DNA from: Terriglobia bacterium
GTDB taxonomy: Bacteria > Acidobacteriota > Terriglobia > Acidiferrales > UBA7541
Direction: 5' to 3'
DNA length: 64,000 nucleotides
Assembly: GCA_963695545.1 (NCBI GenBank)
Contig: OY968796.1
Coordinates: 2,112,001 to 2,176,000 of the forward strand
Positions 19,059-28,837 of this stretch are shown here, piece after piece. The translations under genes were made by a program, and so were the position numbers. The notes beneath the pieces were generated by a model. The model did not search any database, was not told the origin of the DNA, and worked only from the letters and a program-made list of their open reading frames with translations. Every line of letters begins with the position of its first letter. Position 1 is the first letter of the stretch.

Positions 19059-20315
19059 TCACAACGATCCTAAGAACGCGTACAACAGACTCTTCTGCGC
19101 GGGCGTAAGCTGATTGAACTTCGCCGCTTCTCCCGCGGCTTCGCCGGCGTGCCGTCCGATTGCGTCCGCATAGGTGGCCGACTGCGCGTCGTGCATGAGC
19201 TGCGTGCGCGTGCGCAGACCCCACAGCGGCATGGTGCGCAGCTTGTACTGGGTATCCGCCGGCCCGTTTTGCACGATGCCGTCGCCGGTCCCGATGTCGT
19301 GCAACAGATAGTCGCCGAACGGATGGATTTGTTTGCCGCCGAGCGCTTCGGGAACAATGAAGGTGCCGCCGTGGATGGGAGTTCCGGCTTCCGCCGTCAG
19401 CAGAGTTTCCACATGGCAATTGTTGCAGCCAATTTGCTCGAAGATGGCTTGCCCTTGCATCACGGCCAGGGTTATCGGGCCGCGCGGCGGAACCTTGCTC
19501 GCGCGCATGAACGCCGCAAATTGATCGATGTCGTTCCCGGTGTCGTTCGGCGTGGTCAACCCGGACGACGGTTCGCATACCGCGGTCGATTCGTCGGGGA
19601 AGAGGCGATTGGTTACGCCGATTTCGTTTACGTAGGCGTCCCCGGAGAATGACAGCAGGCTGGCGTGCTGATCCTTCCATCCGAATTTGCCGATCTCTGT
19701 GATGCCGTTGGCCTCAAGCACGGGCACCTCGATGGCCTCGCCATGATTGCTCGCCGCGAGCGCGAGAAACGTGCTGTCCGGCACCGCTTCGACGAAGCCA
19801 TCGCCCAACACGCTCAAGGAAAGCCGCGATGCGCGAATGTTGTCGGCGTCCGTCAAGTGCTCGACGGCGTCGGCGCAAATGGCGCGCTGATTAATCAAAG
19901 AGCGATCCGCTATCGGAGTGCCGTTGGCGGTGATCGCCGTGGCGGCAACGAAAGTTCCCGTGCTGCCATTCGTATCGAAAGGATGCCGGCGCGATACGAA
20001 CCAGGACGGCCTGCTGCCATCGTTGTGACCCGCCCTGAATTCCAGCACCTGACTTGCGCCGCCGATCGCCACGCTCTGATGGCAGTCCAAACAGGAAACC
20101 GAGTTGTAAACGGGGCCAAGTCCGTCCGGCGTCGGTTGGTCGATCTCGGAAAAAGTTGCCACGTCCGCGTCCATCTCCGTCTGCGCGATCGATCCGTTTG
20201 TCAGTCCGTCGAATCCCGCGGGAGCTTCCGGAGCCGGTTGGTCGCCCAAGAGCATTCCGATTCCGACCGTCGCACATGTAGCGAGCATCGCCGTGGAGAA
20301 TAAGGTGCGTTTCAT
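19059..20315 (-). CDS. Exported di-heme oxidoreductase (DHOR / thiol-oxidoreductase-like)
   Basis: Signal peptide MKRTLFSTAMLA; DGLGPVYN..CLDCH, GKFGWK, CNNCH, LLHDIG, RTMPLWGL, MHD. Confidence 0.88.
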   Translation of the reverse strand: MKRTLFSTAMLATCATVGIGMLLGDQPAPEAPAGFDGLTNGSIAQTEMDADVATFSEIDQPTPDGLGPVYNSVSCLDCHQSVAIGGASQVLEFRAGHNDGSRPSWFVSRRHPFDTNGSTGTFVAATAITANGTPIADRSLINQRAICADAVEHLTDADNIRASRLSLSVLGDGFVEAVPDSTFLALAASNHGEAIEVPVLEANGITEIGKFGWKDQHASLLSFSGDAYVNEIGVTNRLFPDESTAVCEPSSGLTTPNDTGNDIDQFAAFMRASKVPPRGPITLAVMQGQAIFEQIGCNNCHVETLLTAEAGTPIHGGTFIVPEALGGKQIHPFGDYLLHDIGTGDGIVQNGPADTQYKLRTMPLWGLRTRTQLMHDAQSATYADAIGRHAGEAAGEAAKFNQLTPAQKSLLYAFLGSL

Positions 20316-20544
20316 AGACGTTCCCCCCGCGCCAAGGGCGGCGCTTAAGTGGGCGGAGTCTATGTTTGTGAAACATGCGCAGCAATTGACCATGAGGCCA
20401 GATTTGGTGCAGCACGGAGCGGCAGTTCGGCCGCAGGCGCTCGCGGTGATTTCGATTGCGAAGCTGTTGGCACGAAAGAACTGCGTGGCCGCGGAGGTCC
20501 CAGCCGGCAATGATCGAAAAAACAGATGCGCCCGGGACCGCGGC

Positions 20545-20796
20545 ACCCCCCTACCCCCGGGGTGTTTTTTGGAAGTGTTGATTCTGCACGACTTTAAGTC
20601 CTTTGCGCCAGAACTGGTGATTCTAAAAGGTTTAAAATGCGATTTTTCAGAAGTGTTGATTCTGGAAGAGTTGCGGGTGAAAACGCCACGCGCGGTGCGA
20701 ATCTTTTGCAGCGAGGGCGTGCGTTCGCGATTCATCAAGAAGCATAACACGGAACATACCATTGTGTCAACATATATCGACATGCTATTCGAATAG
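20545..20796 (-). repeat. AT-richer intergenic element A: promoter + three 39-bp imperfect tandem repeats + G-rich end
   Basis: GATTCT cores at 20580, 20619, 20658 (period 39). Minus-strand TTGACA (20770-20765)-N18-TATGCT (20746-20741). Palindrome CTATTCGAATAG at 20785-20796. Confidence 0.7.
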
Positions 20797-20915
20797 GATG
20801 GATAGAAAAGAACCAGTTTCTAAGCGAAGGTACAGGGATAGGCTGGCCGTTCCACCCGGAATGCCGGAGTTTTATTACGCCGCGACCGAGGCAGCGGGCG
20901 TGGATGGCGGCCGCA

Positions 20916-23291
20916 TCAATTTCCTGTGGGCGGAGGAGTTGCCGGGGGATGCGCCGGTGCGCCATCTGGTGGCGTGAAGGGCGCGTTAGCGGGAGGAGTC
21001 GCTGCCGGGGTAGACGAAGGCGACGATGGCGACGGGGCTGCTGCCGGTTGCGCGGCGGGGCGGAGGGCGAAATAGTTGCGGGCGAAGGCGGCCTGTTGGG
21101 TGCCGGCTTCGACGGCGACGGCTTGGAGCGTATAGCGGCCGGGGGCGATGCTGCTGAGCGGGAGGCTGATGCGGAAGGATGCGGCGCCGGTTTTGGGATC
21201 GACTTCGGCGGGCTCGACCATGGGCGTCTGATTCACGCGGGCGCCGTTGCGGAAAAAGACCAGGCCGGCGCGGAGGGCGCTTGGATCGGATTTTGCCGAG
21301 GGATACGCCTGGAAGAAAACGTACATCATCTGTTGATCGGTGAAGACGTTGGTGACGCTGGGAACGATGCGCTGGCCTTCGACGTCGAGCGGCGAGGATT
21401 GCAGGCGCGCGTCCTGGGCCAATGCTTGCGTTTTCACTTCGGATGTTTTCTGCACGGCTTCGAGCTGGCTTGAGAGCAGCACCGAACTCAATTGCAATTT
21501 ATCGGGCTGCGGCGCGGGCAGCGAAATATTTTCCTCGAATGTGCCGATGCGCCCGGATTCATTTTCACGCGCCAGGAATTTCAGGGTGTAGTTGCCGGGC
21601 GCGAGGACGAAGCCGCCTTGATAGAGCAGCGCTTGCTGCTGCACTTGGGCAAAGCGCGCGGTATCGAGTTGCACGGTGATGGTGTCGCGCAGAGCGCCGA
21701 CGACGCGAGTGGTGTTGGCCACGCGAATTTCGGCGGCAAAATCAAACACGGTTTGCCGCCGGCCGCTTTTCTGCGCCCATTGCAGCGCGCTCGAAGCCAG
21801 CTTCGCGGCGATGGGCACGAAAAATTGCTGGTCGTTCAAGCGAAACGCCGCGGTCTCGACGGCGACGGGCAGCTCGACCACCGGCGTTTCGGAATTCATG
21901 GCGTCTTCGAGCTGGCGCTCGCGGTCTTCGGTGGTATAGACGCCGAACTCTTTTTCGGCGTAGTAGCCTTGGCGATAGTGAATGTGGCTGCCGGCGGGCA
22001 ATCCGGACACGCTGACCTTTACGTTGCGCCAGCGGCCATCGCGCGCGCCGTCGGTGCTGTAGTAGCCCACCAGGTAATAGCCGGTGCCATCGTCTTGGAC
22101 GGCGCTAAAGGCTTCGCCGAAATCGCCGAGATCGAAGAACGATTTTCCGCCGGTGTCGGTCGCGAGCGTAGCCAATGTTTCGCGCGAATCCTCGCGCGAT
22201 TGCGTTTGCGTGTAAACGGCGTTGCCGTTGAACATCGCGGTGCCCGACGCGGCGCCGGAGGTGGCATCGCCGCCAGGAATTTCGGCGAGCAAGCCGCGCG
22301 CATCGATGGTGTAGATCGATACGTTCGAACGATTCGCGGCATCGGTTGCGGCGCGGAGCTGCGAGCGATTTTCCTCGCCGGTCTGCGTGATGCCTCCGGT
22401 GAAGTGCACGACGGACTTGCGGCCGGGGATGTCTTTCAAAATGTCGGCGACGGCTTCGATCGCGGCGAGCTTGCGATCGGTATTGAAGATGTTGAATTCG
22501 GTGTTGTCGGCGGTGAAGGCCGCGTCGGTGTCCTCGGTGGAAGTGAAATCGGTGGGCTGAGCCGCGGCGTCAGCGAGAGCGGCGAGTTGCGCATCGGCGC
22601 CGGGCTTGAGCGCGGCGAGCGCGCGCTCGAGGAACGCTTTATCGTTGGTGAGATCGGCGATCACGCTCAATTGATTGCCGAAGATCACGATGCCCACGAG
22701 ATCCGCCGGGCTCATTTGCGTGCGCACGAATTTATCGGAGGCCGCGATGGAGCGCAGCAATTGATCGGGTTCGAGGGAGCTCATATCGAAAAAGAGCACG
22801 GTGAGGCGGCGATCCTTCACTTGCTGCTGCAACTGCGCGGGCGGGGCCATGGCGCCGATGGAAATGGTGATGGGCGCGGTGTCCGCCGCGGCCGCGGTCT
22901 CGATTTTTTCGACGTCGAAATACTCGAAGGTGGAAACTTTCTGCTCTTTGCCGTCTTCGACCACGCGAAATTGATTTTGCGTCAGACCCTTGATCGGTTT
23001 GCCGTCGCGGTCAACCACCTGCACGTCGATCTGCACCAAATCGACGGATGAACGAATGATGCCTTTGCCGTTGGTCGAGAGCGGCCGCACGATCGGCGCC
23101 GCAGGCGCCTGGGTCGCGTTGATCGGGGGAGTTTGCGGCGCGCTCGCGGGGCTCTGAGAATTTTGAGTCTGCGAATTCTGCGCGCCGAGCGTCGCGGCGG
23201 CCAATACCGCAAGCGCCAGCGTGGCAAGTAACGCGGAGAAAATCGCCGCGAGTTTAGGTTGCCGTCGTCCGATCAATTTTTGTCGTCGCAT
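20916..23291 (-). CDS. Exported VWA domain-containing protein (acidobacterial VWFA type)
   Basis: LVQIDVQVVDRDGKPIKGL, VEDGKEQKV, LFFDMSS, IPGRKSVV, LATDTGG, YYLVGYY; ATG overlaps the upstream stop. Confidence 0.9.
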   Translation of the reverse strand: MRRQKLIGRRQPKLAAIFSALLATLALAVLAAATLGAQNSQTQNSQSPASAPQTPPINATQAPAAPIVRPLSTNGKGIIRSSVDLVQIDVQVVDRDGKPIKGLTQNQFRVVEDGKEQKVSTFEYFDVEKIETAAAADTAPITISIGAMAPPAQLQQQVKDRRLTVLFFDMSSLEPDQLLRSIAASDKFVRTQMSPADLVGIVIFGNQLSVIADLTNDKAFLERALAALKPGADAQLAALADAAAQPTDFTSTEDTDAAFTADNTEFNIFNTDRKLAAIEAVADILKDIPGRKSVVHFTGGITQTGEENRSQLRAATDAANRSNVSIYTIDARGLLAEIPGGDATSGAASGTAMFNGNAVYTQTQSREDSRETLATLATDTGGKSFFDLGDFGEAFSAVQDDGTGYYLVGYYSTDGARDGRWRNVKVSVSGLPAGSHIHYRQGYYAEKEFGVYTTEDRERQLEDAMNSETPVVELPVAVETAAFRLNDQQFFVPIAAKLASSALQWAQKSGRRQTVFDFAAEIRVANTTRVVGALRDTITVQLDTARFAQVQQQALLYQGGFVLAPGNYTLKFLARENESGRIGTFEENISLPAPQPDKLQLSSVLLSSQLEAVQKTSEVKTQALAQDARLQSSPLDVEGQRIVPSVTNVFTDQQMMYVFFQAYPSAKSDPSALRAGLVFFRNGARVNQTPMVEPAEVDPKTGAASFRISLPLSSIAPGRYTLQAVAVEAGTQQAAFARNYFALRPAAQPAAAPSPSSPSSTPAATPPANAPFTPPDGAPAHPPATPPPTGN

Positions 23292-26200
23292 CAGAAGTTC
23301 AACCGCGCCGTGAAGTTCATCGAGCGCATGGCTCCGGCGCTGAGCACGCGGCCGAACGTCGAGGAACCCACCACGGTGGAAAGCCCAGAGAAACTCGGTG
23401 TGTTCGTTAGGTTCGTGACGTTCCAAGCCAGGTCCACGCGGCGCAGACCGTCGCGCCCATACTGAATGCCGCGATTCACGCTGAAATTCGTGGTGAAGCC
23501 GCCGGGGCCGATGATGGTGTTGCGCGCGGCGTCGCCGATGCAGGTGCCGGTGGGCACGGTGAACGCCGCGGTGTTGAACCAATCGACCAGCGTGCGCTCG
23601 CTTGCGGGCAGCGCGGAATCGCCCGCTTGATTGGCGCGCTCGGAAAAATCGCCGGGCAGAATTTCGCACGAAGGATCGCTGACGCGCGCCGTGTAAGGCG
23701 TGCCGGTTTGCGCGCTGACGCTGCCGGAGATGCGCCAATCGCCGAAGGCGCGGCGCTTCCAGCCGCGCGTGAAGTAAGGCTCGCGATCGCCGAAGGGCAG
23801 CGCGTAGGAATAATTCAGTCGCAGCATGTTGCGCACATCGAAGGAAGAAAGTCCGCGCTCGGCCTCGAAATCGTTGATGTCCTGCACAATCACTTGCTGC
23901 CCGCCGCCGATGGTGCTGGCGTTATCGATGGATTTGCCGTAGGTGTACGTGCCGTTGATCATCAGGCCGTGCGTCATGCGCTTCTGCACGCGCACTTGAA
24001 GCGCATTGTAGATCGAATTCGCGCCGGAGGTGTCGTAGGTAAAGCCCTGGGTGTTGGCGACGGAAGTGGTATCTCCCGCCGTGCCGGCGTTTATGTTCGT
24101 GGCGCCGGAAAGTCCGAGCAGCATATCGAGATCGGTGCCCTTCGTGCCGGTGTAGGTGAGCACCAGCGAGATGTTCGTGGTCATTTGGCGCTCGGCGCTC
24201 AGGTTCCAGATTTGCGCGTAGCCGATTTTATAGTTCGGATTGACGGCCACGGTGTTCGGTACCACGGTGCTCGATTGCGTGGGAAATCCATCGGCGAGCG
24301 TTAGCGCGCTGGTCGTGCTGGCCTCGAGTGTGTCCGCGGTGGCAAACGGCGGCTGGTTGGCCATCTCCGTGGCCAGCTGATGGTAAATCGATTCGTTGTA
24401 GAAAATTCCGTATCCCGCGCGCACGGTGGTGCCGTGCTTGCCGGCGAGAAGCTTGTTCGTGGGGCGCCAGGCGATCCCGATGCGCGGCGAAAAATGGTTC
24501 CACTGTCCGCGCACCAGCGAAAGCGGGAACGTACCGTTGAACGGACCTGTTTGACCGGGGAGAACCAGCGCCACTTCGGTGAGCGCGGGATTCACATCGA
24601 GATCGGCGATGTGGTCGTAGGCTTCATCGGGCGGCGTGAAGGCTTCGTAGCGCAGGCCGTAGAGCACCGAGAAGTGCGCGTTCACGCGAAAATCGTCCTG
24701 CGCGTAGCCGATGAACGCCCAGTTGCGAAAATAAACCGAGGGCGTGCCGTAGCGAATGCTCGTGGCTTGCGGCAGGCCCAGAAGAAAATCGGCGAAGTCA
24801 TATCCCGTGCCGGCCACTTGTCCGCCGCTGCCGTTCGTCTGCGCGGTCAGCAGGCCGTCGAACGTGAACGAGCCATTGGGCGTGGGGTCCGCGAGCGAAT
24901 CCTGATCCACGCGGCGCATTTCATAGCCGATGGTGACGGTGTGTTTCGCTTTCAGGATCTGCAGACTGTTCACGAAGCGCCACGTCTGGCTGCGTTGCAG
25001 GGAAGCCGGAGGCGTGGTGATGCCGGTGAAATTCGTAAAGCTGATCGACGGCAAACCGTAGAACAGCGGAGTGGTCGAAATGCCGGTGATGCCCAGCGTT
25101 GCCGCGGCGTCATCCGTGTCTGAGAACAGATTGAGCGATTGAGAGCGGCTGCGCGTGAAATAAAGATTCGATGAGTTGATCAGTTCCTTCGTCAAATTTT
25201 GCGTCAGGCCGAGCTGCACGCTTTGCCCGAGCGTATCCGTATTGCCCTCAAGCGAAGGGAAGTCGTCAAACGAGTGCGAATGCGTGTCGCTCAGGTTGTA
25301 GACCACATTCAAGCTGAGTTTCGGCGAAATCGTGTGGTTCACGCGCGCGTTGAAGCGGTCCGTGGCCGACGGCAGCAGCGTTTGAAACTCGAAATTGTCC
25401 GTCAAGCCCGGTAGATTCGCTTGCGGCACGAATTTCAGCAGCGCCGTCGCGATCGGATTGATCAAGCTCGCGCCGGTTGTCGGGCTCACGAGCTGGCTGC
25501 CCATCGCCATTCCCGCGGGGCATCCGGTCACCGGGTTCAGCGTCGGGCAGAAAAGTTGCGCGGGGGCGCCGGCGCCCATCGCGCCGGTTGAGACGTCGCT
25601 AAAATCTCCGCCGCGCTCGGCCATCGTCGGCACGGTCGAAAATTGATTCAGCGTGGAGCGCTGCCAGTTCGCCTCAAAATTCAAGTAGAAGAATGTTTTG
25701 TTGCGGCCGTTGTAAATGTGCGGGATCACCAGCGGTCCGCCGATGTTTCCGCCGAATTGCTCTTGCCACGACGGCAGCTTCGCTGTCTCCACGCCGGTCA
25801 GCGGATATGGGCGCGCGTTGAAAATGGAATTGCCGTACGTGTCGTAAAAACTGTAATGCATGCGATTGATGCGCTGCCGTAGTACGCGCTGCACGCCCCA
25901 CAGCGCGCCTACTCCTTGCGCGCCGCTGCTGCGGGCGCCGGCGCCGCCGCGCGCGCCACCACCACCTCCTCCGCGCCCGCCACCACCCCCGCCCCCGCCC
26001 CCGCCCCGGCCACCTCCTCCGCCGCCGTAACCTCCGCCCCCTCCACCGAATCCTCCGCCGCCCGGTCCACCGCCACCGGGGCCACCACCGGCCCCGCCGA
26101 AGCCCCCGGCGCCGCCGGCTCCTGCTCCTCCCGCGCCGCCAAACGCGCCTTGTCCCGATGCGTCGCCCGGACCTCCCGGCGCGCCCGTGTCACCAGTGCC

Positions 26201-27346
26201 CGGCCCGCTGCCGAAATTGCCTTGCCCTGCGCCGAACATATCGGGGCCGGTCGATCCCATCCCCACCGTGCCGGTCATCAGAAACGCATCGGACGAAGAA
26301 GCTTGCCCGAGCCCGCTCTGATCGGCTGGAGTCGCTCCGGCCTCGGCGCCGGTCTCGCCGCCGTTGTCTTGATTCTGGTTCTGCCCGTTCAGCCCAACTT
26401 GTTGGAATCCGCCGCGACGTCCCGCCCCGCCTCCGCCGGCGCCGCCGCCCGGCCCGTAGCCGCCGGGACGTCGCTGCGAATTGTTCGCGCTCGACGAATT
26501 GCTCGCGGTGGAATTAGACGCTGATTGCGTCGCAGAATTCGGCTTGCCGGCTGATTGCGAACTAGAGTTTGCGCCGGGCGCCGACGTTGCGGTGGATGTG
26601 GCGGTCGGCGGAGCGCTAGCCGCGCCGGACTTTTGCGCGTTCGTGCCGACGCCGGGCGCGCCGGCAGATGCGGCACTCGCAGCGGCCGCCGCGTTATTTT
26701 GCGCGTCGATCTCCGCGAGCGTGTCGATGGCCAGCGGCAAATCGATCGCCGCCGGATTCGGCGCGAGGTCAATTTCCTTCGTGAACTCCCCGAATCCTAA
26801 TTGCGAAGCCTCGATCCGATAATGCCCGGCCGCGAGCGGCGGCAGCACAAATTTGCCGTTCTCGTCCGTCCACGTGAGCCACGACCGCCCCGTCGAAACT
26901 TCGACCACACGCACCGTCGCGCCCGGAATGCCTGCGCCTGCGGCCGTGCGCACAAGCCCGCTGGCTTGAACGCCGCGCGCGGGTGTCGCTGCAGGCGCGG
27001 GGGACGGCGAAGCAGAGGACGGCGAAGGTTGCGCCGAAGATGGTGACGTGGGAGACGGCGAAGATGCGGATGAGGGTGGCGCAGGCGAAGCTGACGGCGG
27101 CGAAGTTTGTCCCTGCGCAGACTGCGCGCGCGCCTCAAGGCCAAATGAACAGGCGAGCGTCGCCAGGATCGCCCAGCGCGCAGCCCGCCGAAGCGCTGCG
27201 TCCCGCGCGCACCGGCGAAGCATCGCCCCTCGCGCCGATAACGCAAAGCGCGCCGTCAGAGATACCTCGGTGCCCTCTTTCAACTTTTGGTCCAACGAGC
27301 CGTCTCCCCTGCCGGTCGTTTCCGCGGGAGCGGAAGCCGCAGGCAC
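23291..27346 (-). CDS. TonB-dependent receptor-like outer-membrane protein (Oar type) with carboxypeptidase-regulatory-like domain; start uncertain (27346/27295/27223)
   Basis: IPGATV..TDENGKF..GHYRIEA N-domain; QFGGNIGGP, KTFFY, PTMAERGGDFS, YAQDDFRV, FSPRIGIAW; C-terminal ..ARLNF. Confidence 0.9.
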   Translation of the reverse strand: MPAASAPAETTGRGDGSLDQKLKEGTEVSLTARFALSARGAMLRRCARDAALRRAARWAILATLACSFGLEARAQSAQGQTSPPSASPAPPSSASSPSPTSPSSAQPSPSSASPSPAPAATPARGVQASGLVRTAAGAGIPGATVRVVEVSTGRSWLTWTDENGKFVLPPLAAGHYRIEASQLGFGEFTKEIDLAPNPAAIDLPLAIDTLAEIDAQNNAAAAASAASAGAPGVGTNAQKSGAASAPPTATSTATSAPGANSSSQSAGKPNSATQSASNSTASNSSSANNSQRRPGGYGPGGGAGGGGAGRRGGFQQVGLNGQNQNQDNGGETGAEAGATPADQSGLGQASSSDAFLMTGTVGMGSTGPDMFGAGQGNFGSGPGTGDTGAPGGPGDASGQGAFGGAGGAGAGGAGGFGGAGGGPGGGGPGGGGFGGGGGGYGGGGGGRGGGGGGGGGGRGGGGGGARGGAGARSSGAQGVGALWGVQRVLRQRINRMHYSFYDTYGNSIFNARPYPLTGVETAKLPSWQEQFGGNIGGPLVIPHIYNGRNKTFFYLNFEANWQRSTLNQFSTVPTMAERGGDFSDVSTGAMGAGAPAQLFCPTLNPVTGCPAGMAMGSQLVSPTTGASLINPIATALLKFVPQANLPGLTDNFEFQTLLPSATDRFNARVNHTISPKLSLNVVYNLSDTHSHSFDDFPSLEGNTDTLGQSVQLGLTQNLTKELINSSNLYFTRSRSQSLNLFSDTDDAAATLGITGISTTPLFYGLPSISFTNFTGITTPPASLQRSQTWRFVNSLQILKAKHTVTIGYEMRRVDQDSLADPTPNGSFTFDGLLTAQTNGSGGQVAGTGYDFADFLLGLPQATSIRYGTPSVYFRNWAFIGYAQDDFRVNAHFSVLYGLRYEAFTPPDEAYDHIADLDVNPALTEVALVLPGQTGPFNGTFPLSLVRGQWNHFSPRIGIAWRPTNKLLAGKHGTTVRAGYGIFYNESIYHQLATEMANQPPFATADTLEASTTSALTLADGFPTQSSTVVPNTVAVNPNYKIGYAQIWNLSAERQMTTNISLVLTYTGTKGTDLDMLLGLSGATNINAGTAGDTTSVANTQGFTYDTSGANSIYNALQVRVQKRMTHGLMINGTYTYGKSIDNASTIGGGQQVIVQDINDFEAERGLSSFDVRNMLRLNYSYALPFGDREPYFTRGWKRRAFGDWRISGSVSAQTGTPYTARVSDPSCEILPGDFSERANQAGDSALPASERTLVDWFNTAAFTVPTGTCIGDAARNTIIGPGGFTTNFSVNRGIQYGRDGLRRVDLAWNVTNLTNTPSFSGLSTVVGSSTFGRVLSAGAMRSMNFTARLNF

Positions 27347-27383
27347 CCATCGGCTCGAATCGTTTCTCTCTTCGCCAGCCTGT

Positions 27384-27424
27384 GAAACTTAGACGCGGCC
27401 TTGCCGATAAAGGTTACCGCGCGG
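27384..27424 (-). promoter_or_regulatory. ECF-sigma-type promoter, copy 1 of a 41-bp direct repeat
   Basis: Minus strand GTAACC-N16-CGTCTA upstream of the TonB receptor gene; 35/41 identical to 28838-28878. Confidence 0.6.
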
Positions 27425-27510
27425 CGTGCGCCAAGGGAACTGATCGCAAAACGCGGTTTGGCTGAGAGCGTGGCCCGAAATCGAAGTTAATCGATACCCT
27501 CCATCTCTGC

Positions 27511-27540
27511 TTGACATGCAACCATTCGGTTGCATATAAT
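27511..27540 (+). promoter_or_regulatory. Consensus sigma-70 promoter with overlapping palindromic operator
   Basis: TTGACA-N18-TATAAT; ATGCAACC-ATTC-GGTTGCAT (27516-27535) fills the spacer. Confidence 0.88.
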
Positions 27541-27548
27541 CGACGCCC

Positions 27549-27881
27549 ATGAATACCGACGCTGTCTTCAAAGCCTTGGCCGACCCCAGCCGCCGCACGC
27601 TGCTCGATCGCCTATTTGAAGATAACGGCCAAAGCCTGAACCAACTCTGCGCCGGACTGCGCATGACGCGACAGGCCGTGAGCAAGCATCTCGGCATTCT
27701 CGAACGCGCCAATCTTGTGGCCACTCTCAAACGCGGACGCGACAAGCATCATTTCCTCAATCCCGTTCCCATTCACGAGATCGCGGAAAGATGGATCGGC
27801 AAGTACGAGCGCGTGCGCCTGCACGCTCTCCACGACCTGAAGAAAAAACTCGAACACAAGAAAGGGAAGGACCATGCCTAA
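27549..27881 (+). CDS. ArsR/SmtB family transcriptional regulator
   Basis: VFKALADPSRRTLL..MTRQAVSKHLGILE. Confidence 0.93.
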   Translation: MNTDAVFKALADPSRRTLLDRLFEDNGQSLNQLCAGLRMTRQAVSKHLGILERANLVATLKRGRDKHHFLNPVPIHEIAERWIGKYERVRLHALHDLKKKLEHKKGKDHA

Positions 27882-28335
27882 CGACAAATTCGTCTACGTA
27901 ATCTACATCCGCACCACGCCCGAAAAACTCTGGGACGCGTTGACCCAACCCGAATTCACTCGTGCCTACTGGAGCGGCGTCACGCACGACACCACTTGGG
28001 AGCAAGGCTCGCCGTGGAAGCTGATGATCCCCGACGGCCGCGTCGGCGACACCGGCGAAATCGTCGAAATCGACAAGCCCCGCCGCCTGGTGCTCAAGTG
28101 GCGAAACGAATTTAAGCCCGAGCTTCGCGCCGAAGGCTTCTCAACTTGCGTGTTCGAGCTCAAGCAGGAAGGCGACGCCGTCAAGCTCACGATCACACAC
28201 GGGATCGATAAGTCCGGATCGAAATTTATCGAAGCTGTGTCGAACGGCTGGCCGATCATACTCTCGAGCCTGAAAAGCCTGCTGGAGACCGGCGACGCGC
28301 TCGAGGCCACCAAGCATTGGCCGAAGGGAGTTTGA
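27874..28335 (+). CDS. SRPBCC (AHSA1-like) family protein
   Basis: YIRTTPEKLWDALT..GWPIILSSLKSLLETG; overlaps the ArsR gene. Confidence 0.9.
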   Translation: MPNDKFVYVIYIRTTPEKLWDALTQPEFTRAYWSGVTHDTTWEQGSPWKLMIPDGRVGDTGEIVEIDKPRRLVLKWRNEFKPELRAEGFSTCVFELKQEGDAVKLTITHGIDKSGSKFIEAVSNGWPIILSSLKSLLETGDALEATKHWPKGV

Positions 28336-28388
28336 TCCCTTCGCCGGGCGTGTGCCTCGGAGCAGTCCGGCCGATCGAGACCGATCGC

Positions 28389-28811
28389 TCAGGCTGTCGG
28401 AGGCATCGGACGTTCGTGAATGATCATCCACGACGTCCCAAATTTGTCCCTGAGCATCGCGAAGCGGAACGCGAAAAAGGTCTCCTCCATTTTCATGAAG
28501 ATCTCGCCGCCGTCGGAGAGCAGCGCATAAATGCGTTCGGCTTCTTCCGTGCTGCCGACGCCCAGCGAAAGATAAACGCTGCGCATCGGTTGAAAGCGCT
28601 CCGGCGGAGCGTCGCTGGCCATAATCTCCGCCCCGCCGATGGTCATGCGCGCGTGCAGAATCTTATTCGCCATACCCGGCGGCGCCTGGCTCGGATCCGG
28701 CATTTGGCCGAAGGTCATCTTCGACGTGATTTTCCCGCCGAGATGTTTCTCGTAAAACTCGAACGCCTCCGCGCAGTTGCCGCCAAAGTTGAGGTACGTG
28801 TGCAGCTTCAT
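28389..28811 (-). CDS. VOC / PhnB-like glyoxalase family protein
   Basis: YLNFGGNCAEAFEFY, ILHA, IMASD, DKFGTSWMI. Confidence 0.9.
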   Translation of the reverse strand: MKLHTYLNFGGNCAEAFEFYEKHLGGKITSKMTFGQMPDPSQAPPGMANKILHARMTIGGAEIMASDAPPERFQPMRSVYLSLGVGSTEEAERIYALLSDGGEIFMKMEETFFAFRFAMLRDKFGTSWMIIHERPMPPTA

Positions 28812-28837
28812 TTTGGAATTTTTCCTTTCGGTGATCC

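Noticed and set aside
20566..20675. 39-bp periodic repeats as a CRISPR array
   Set aside because: The units are contiguous and degenerate with no unique spacers, and no cas genes are in the window.
20762..20977. Small plus-strand ORF (MDRKEPVSK...)
   Set aside because: It overlaps the VWA gene 3' end, has no motif and only a weak RBS.
25920..26150. CCG/CCA-rich tract as a non-coding repeat or assembly artefact
   Set aside because: It is in frame within the receptor gene, encodes Gly-rich sequence and uses varied codons.
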